NCBI RefSeq assembly: GCF_001194135.2
Contig: NC_068989.1
Coordinates: 6,617,515-6,681,514, forward strand
DNA length: 64,000 nucleotides
Origin: Octopus bimaculoides
Taxonomy: Eukaryota
Direction of reading: 5' to 3'
Shown: in pieces, positions 61,444 through 64,000 of the stretch
Layout of the letters: the number at the start of each line of letters is the position of its first letter
How positions within the stretch are numbered: the stretch's first letter is position 1
The notes under the pieces: model-generated
The model's database searches: none
Seen by the model: only the letters and a program-made list of their open reading frames with translations
Told to the model about the DNA's origin: nothing
Translations under genes and position numbers: made by a program

Positions 61444-62650
61444 ACATTCATACCTGCTTACATTCATGCATGCATAGATGCATATGTACATAAACATGCA
61501 CATCAATAGCATATATATATACATACATACATATATATATATNNNNNNNNNNNNNNNNNNNNNNNNNNNNNNNNNNNNNNNNNNNNNNNNNNNNNNNNNN
61601 NNNNNNNNNNNNNNNNNNNNNNNNNNNNNNNNNNNNNNNNNNNNNNNNNNNNNNNNNNNNNNNNNNNNNNNNNNNNNNNNNNNNNNNNNNNNNNNNNNNN
61701 NNNNNNNNNNNNNNNNNNNNNNNNNNNNNNNNNNNNNNNNNNNNNNNNNNNNNNNNNNNNNNNNNNNNNNNNNNNNNNNNNNNNNNNNNNNNNNNNNNNN
61801 NNNNNNNNNNNNNNNNNNNNNNNNNNNNNNNNNNNNNNNNNNNNNNNNNNNNNNNNNNNNNNNNNNNNNNNNNNNNNNNNNNNNNNNNNNNNNNNNNNNN
61901 NNNNNNNNNNNNNNNNNNNNNNNNNNNNNNNNNNNNNNNNNNNNNNNNNNNNNNNNNNNNNNNNNNNNNNNNNNNNNNNNNNNNNNNNNNNNNNNNNNNN
62001 NNNNNNNNNNNNNNNNNNNNNNNNNNNNNNNNNNNNNNNNNNNNNNNNNNNNNNNNNNNNNNNNNNNNNNNNNNNNNNNNNNNNNNNNNNNNNNNNNNNN
62101 NNNNNNNNNNNNNNNNNNNNNNNNNNNNNNNNNNNNNNNNNNNNNNNNNNNNNNNNNNNNNNNNNNNNNNNNNNNNNNNNNNNNNNNNNNNNNNNNNNNN
62201 NNNNNNNNNNNNNNNNNTATGCATTATTATTAGATTAGTGATGAAGTTACCATCATAGAAATACTAAATAATTGCATTAGATTAGATGCAGGGGAAAATG
62301 ACAAAGACCGGTAGGAGGTTAGATGTATCCAGAGAGTCATTGAACAGGGTAAGCTCTTAAGTTAGAAGCATCGCAACGGGTTATCCGTCTGATTCATGAA
62401 TTTGTTGGTATTTTTTCCCGTCAGTTTATCGCTAAAGACAATGGGTACCATTTTGTATGAGTATATACACATACAAAAATTACGGGTGCCTTTAAACTAC
62501 ACCCTCTTACATATAGATCTATCTATCTATCTATCTGTCTGTCTATCTATCTATCTATTTATCCATCCATCCATCTCTCTCTCTCTGTCTATCTATCTGC
62601 CTGTCTGTCAGTCCACCTGTCCCTCCATCTGTCTGTCTGTCTGTCTGGCT

Positions 62651-62797
62651 GTGTGAAAGCACGTAGTCAAGTGATTCGGTGTGCTGCGCTCAAGATCGTG
62701 AGATCGTTGGTTCGATTCTCAGACTGGCTGTGCACCGTATTCTTGAGCAAACCTCTTTATTTAATGTTGCCTCGGTCCATTCTTTTGTAAATGGGTA
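62651..62797 (+). mobile_element. Decayed tRNA-derived SINE
   Basis: GTAGTCAAGTGATT..GGTTCGATTCTC (A/B boxes) then TTCTTGAGCAA..TTGCCTCGGTCCAT..GTAAATGGGTA. Confidence 0.7.
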
Positions 62798-63821
62798 ATA
62801 GACGTATATACAGATACACATTTGTAAATTTATACACATCTATACATGTCTACAGATGCAGAGGCACACTGATATATGCATATACAGATGCTCACACCCG
62901 CAAATATCTCCTTGCCAACATTTAATCTCGTATCGATTTCCATTTTAGGAAGCATTTCTGCACTTAAAACCAAATATAATCTTTCAAACACAACGTAGTA
63001 CTATTCCAAGGATCGTAATTACTGACACTTGTTCAATATTAATACGTAAATTTTCACACGTCTCTGAAGGATTCACAATACGATTTGACACAATCATTTA
63101 CATAACATAAATATTAATCGCTTTTGTTCACGAAACGTACGTAAGGTTGGTGTGACTAAGTAAACAATCATAAACAATCTACAGGATTGTTTCTTTATAG
63201 ATGTTAAAATAGAGACAGACAGTGAGGAAGAAGATAAATAGGGAGAGAGATTAATGCTCACACATTTAGACATGTACGTGTCGGTGTATAACGTACGCAC
63301 ACTCACACTCAGGTGGACAATGTCCTACAGCTAACCAAAAGAAAAGGTCGAGGTCATATAAGTTAGAAAAAAGTCGAGTACATATACTCTACCTTTGTTG
63401 CCTTCCTTTTCCTTATCTTCTTTCCTTGTCCTTCCATGATACGATTTATATATTAAAATCACTTCTTCAACTTTCTAAGACATCTCAACGCTTCTAAAAG
63501 CACACTTCGTTTGCTTGTTTACGTTCATCGTAATTTGAATTTTATATATTTATTGTTTTCATGGGTTTTTATTAATTTCAACGATCCCACGATTTATTCA
63601 ACAAGATCCGCTGTTTCCAAGTCTGTGAACAAGATTCATTTAGTCATTTTTCCTTATTTCCTTTGATTGGTGGTTATGGAAACATAAAACTCCAGCTAAA
63701 ATTTTTATGATTTTTACAGCTTCCAGAAATATCCTATGTCACTTCATTTTTGAGTAGTCTGTCTTTTGATTCTTGTTCGCGGTTATGTACTTGCATAAAT
63801 ATATATATATATATATATATA

Positions 63822-63868
63822 TACGACGGGCTTGTTTCTGTTTCCGTCTACCAACTCCAATCACAGAT
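63822..63868 (-). mobile_element. SINE family B fragment
   Basis: ACGACGGGCTTGTTTCTGTTTCCGTCTACCAA next to (TA)n. Confidence 0.8.
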
Positions 63869-64000
63869 CGTATAAAAAATATACCGAGTTAATTACAATA
63901 AACATACTGTTTTAGATGCGTTTGTTTCTTAAGTCCCTGTGTAAAATGTCTTTGGACAACTTTCTCGAATTATATTTTGTTATTGAAAGAATTTGTCCCA

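Larger units (their letters stand above)
12614..62217. other. 16 assembly gaps (about 5 kb N in total)
   Basis: N runs start at 12614, 13005, 19274, 21422, 27041, 31972, 32966, 40668, 47569, 48938, 50702, 53973, 54444, 59404, 60300 and 61543; most abut (TA)n or (TG)n. Confidence 0.98.

Noticed and set aside
11166-62233. Long ORF-track entries rich in YI, CV, HT, poly-D/M/I or X
   Set aside because: They are translations of microsatellites, trinucleotide arrays or N runs, which lack stops by composition.

Overview
AT-rich, repeat-dominated animal genomic DNA. The SINE families and the density of (TA)n/(CA)n/(TAA)n microsatellites point to an octopus genome (inference from recalled repeat sequences, not checked). 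There are 16 assembly gaps (about 5 kb of N). I can recognise no host protein-coding gene: almost every ORF-track entry is a translation of microsatellite, low-complexity sequence or N runs. The window holds about 40 copies of three tRNA-derived SINE families (called A, B and C here). It also holds six decayed fragments of R4/Dong-type non-LTR retrotransposons (restriction-like endonuclease C-terminus or CCHC knuckle), several MITE-like inverted-repeat elements and a probable non-autonomous Helitron. A TATA/Inr/splice-donor module at about 6.5 kb (minus strand) and a few splice-site-bounded exon candidates are also present. The most striking observation is at 53749-53826: a complete hammerhead-ribozyme catalytic core with all three stems in exact register, but with its strands in an order that is not type I, II or III. 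Second is the shared but antiparallel use of (TAA)n microsatellites by Dong fragments and SINE A.
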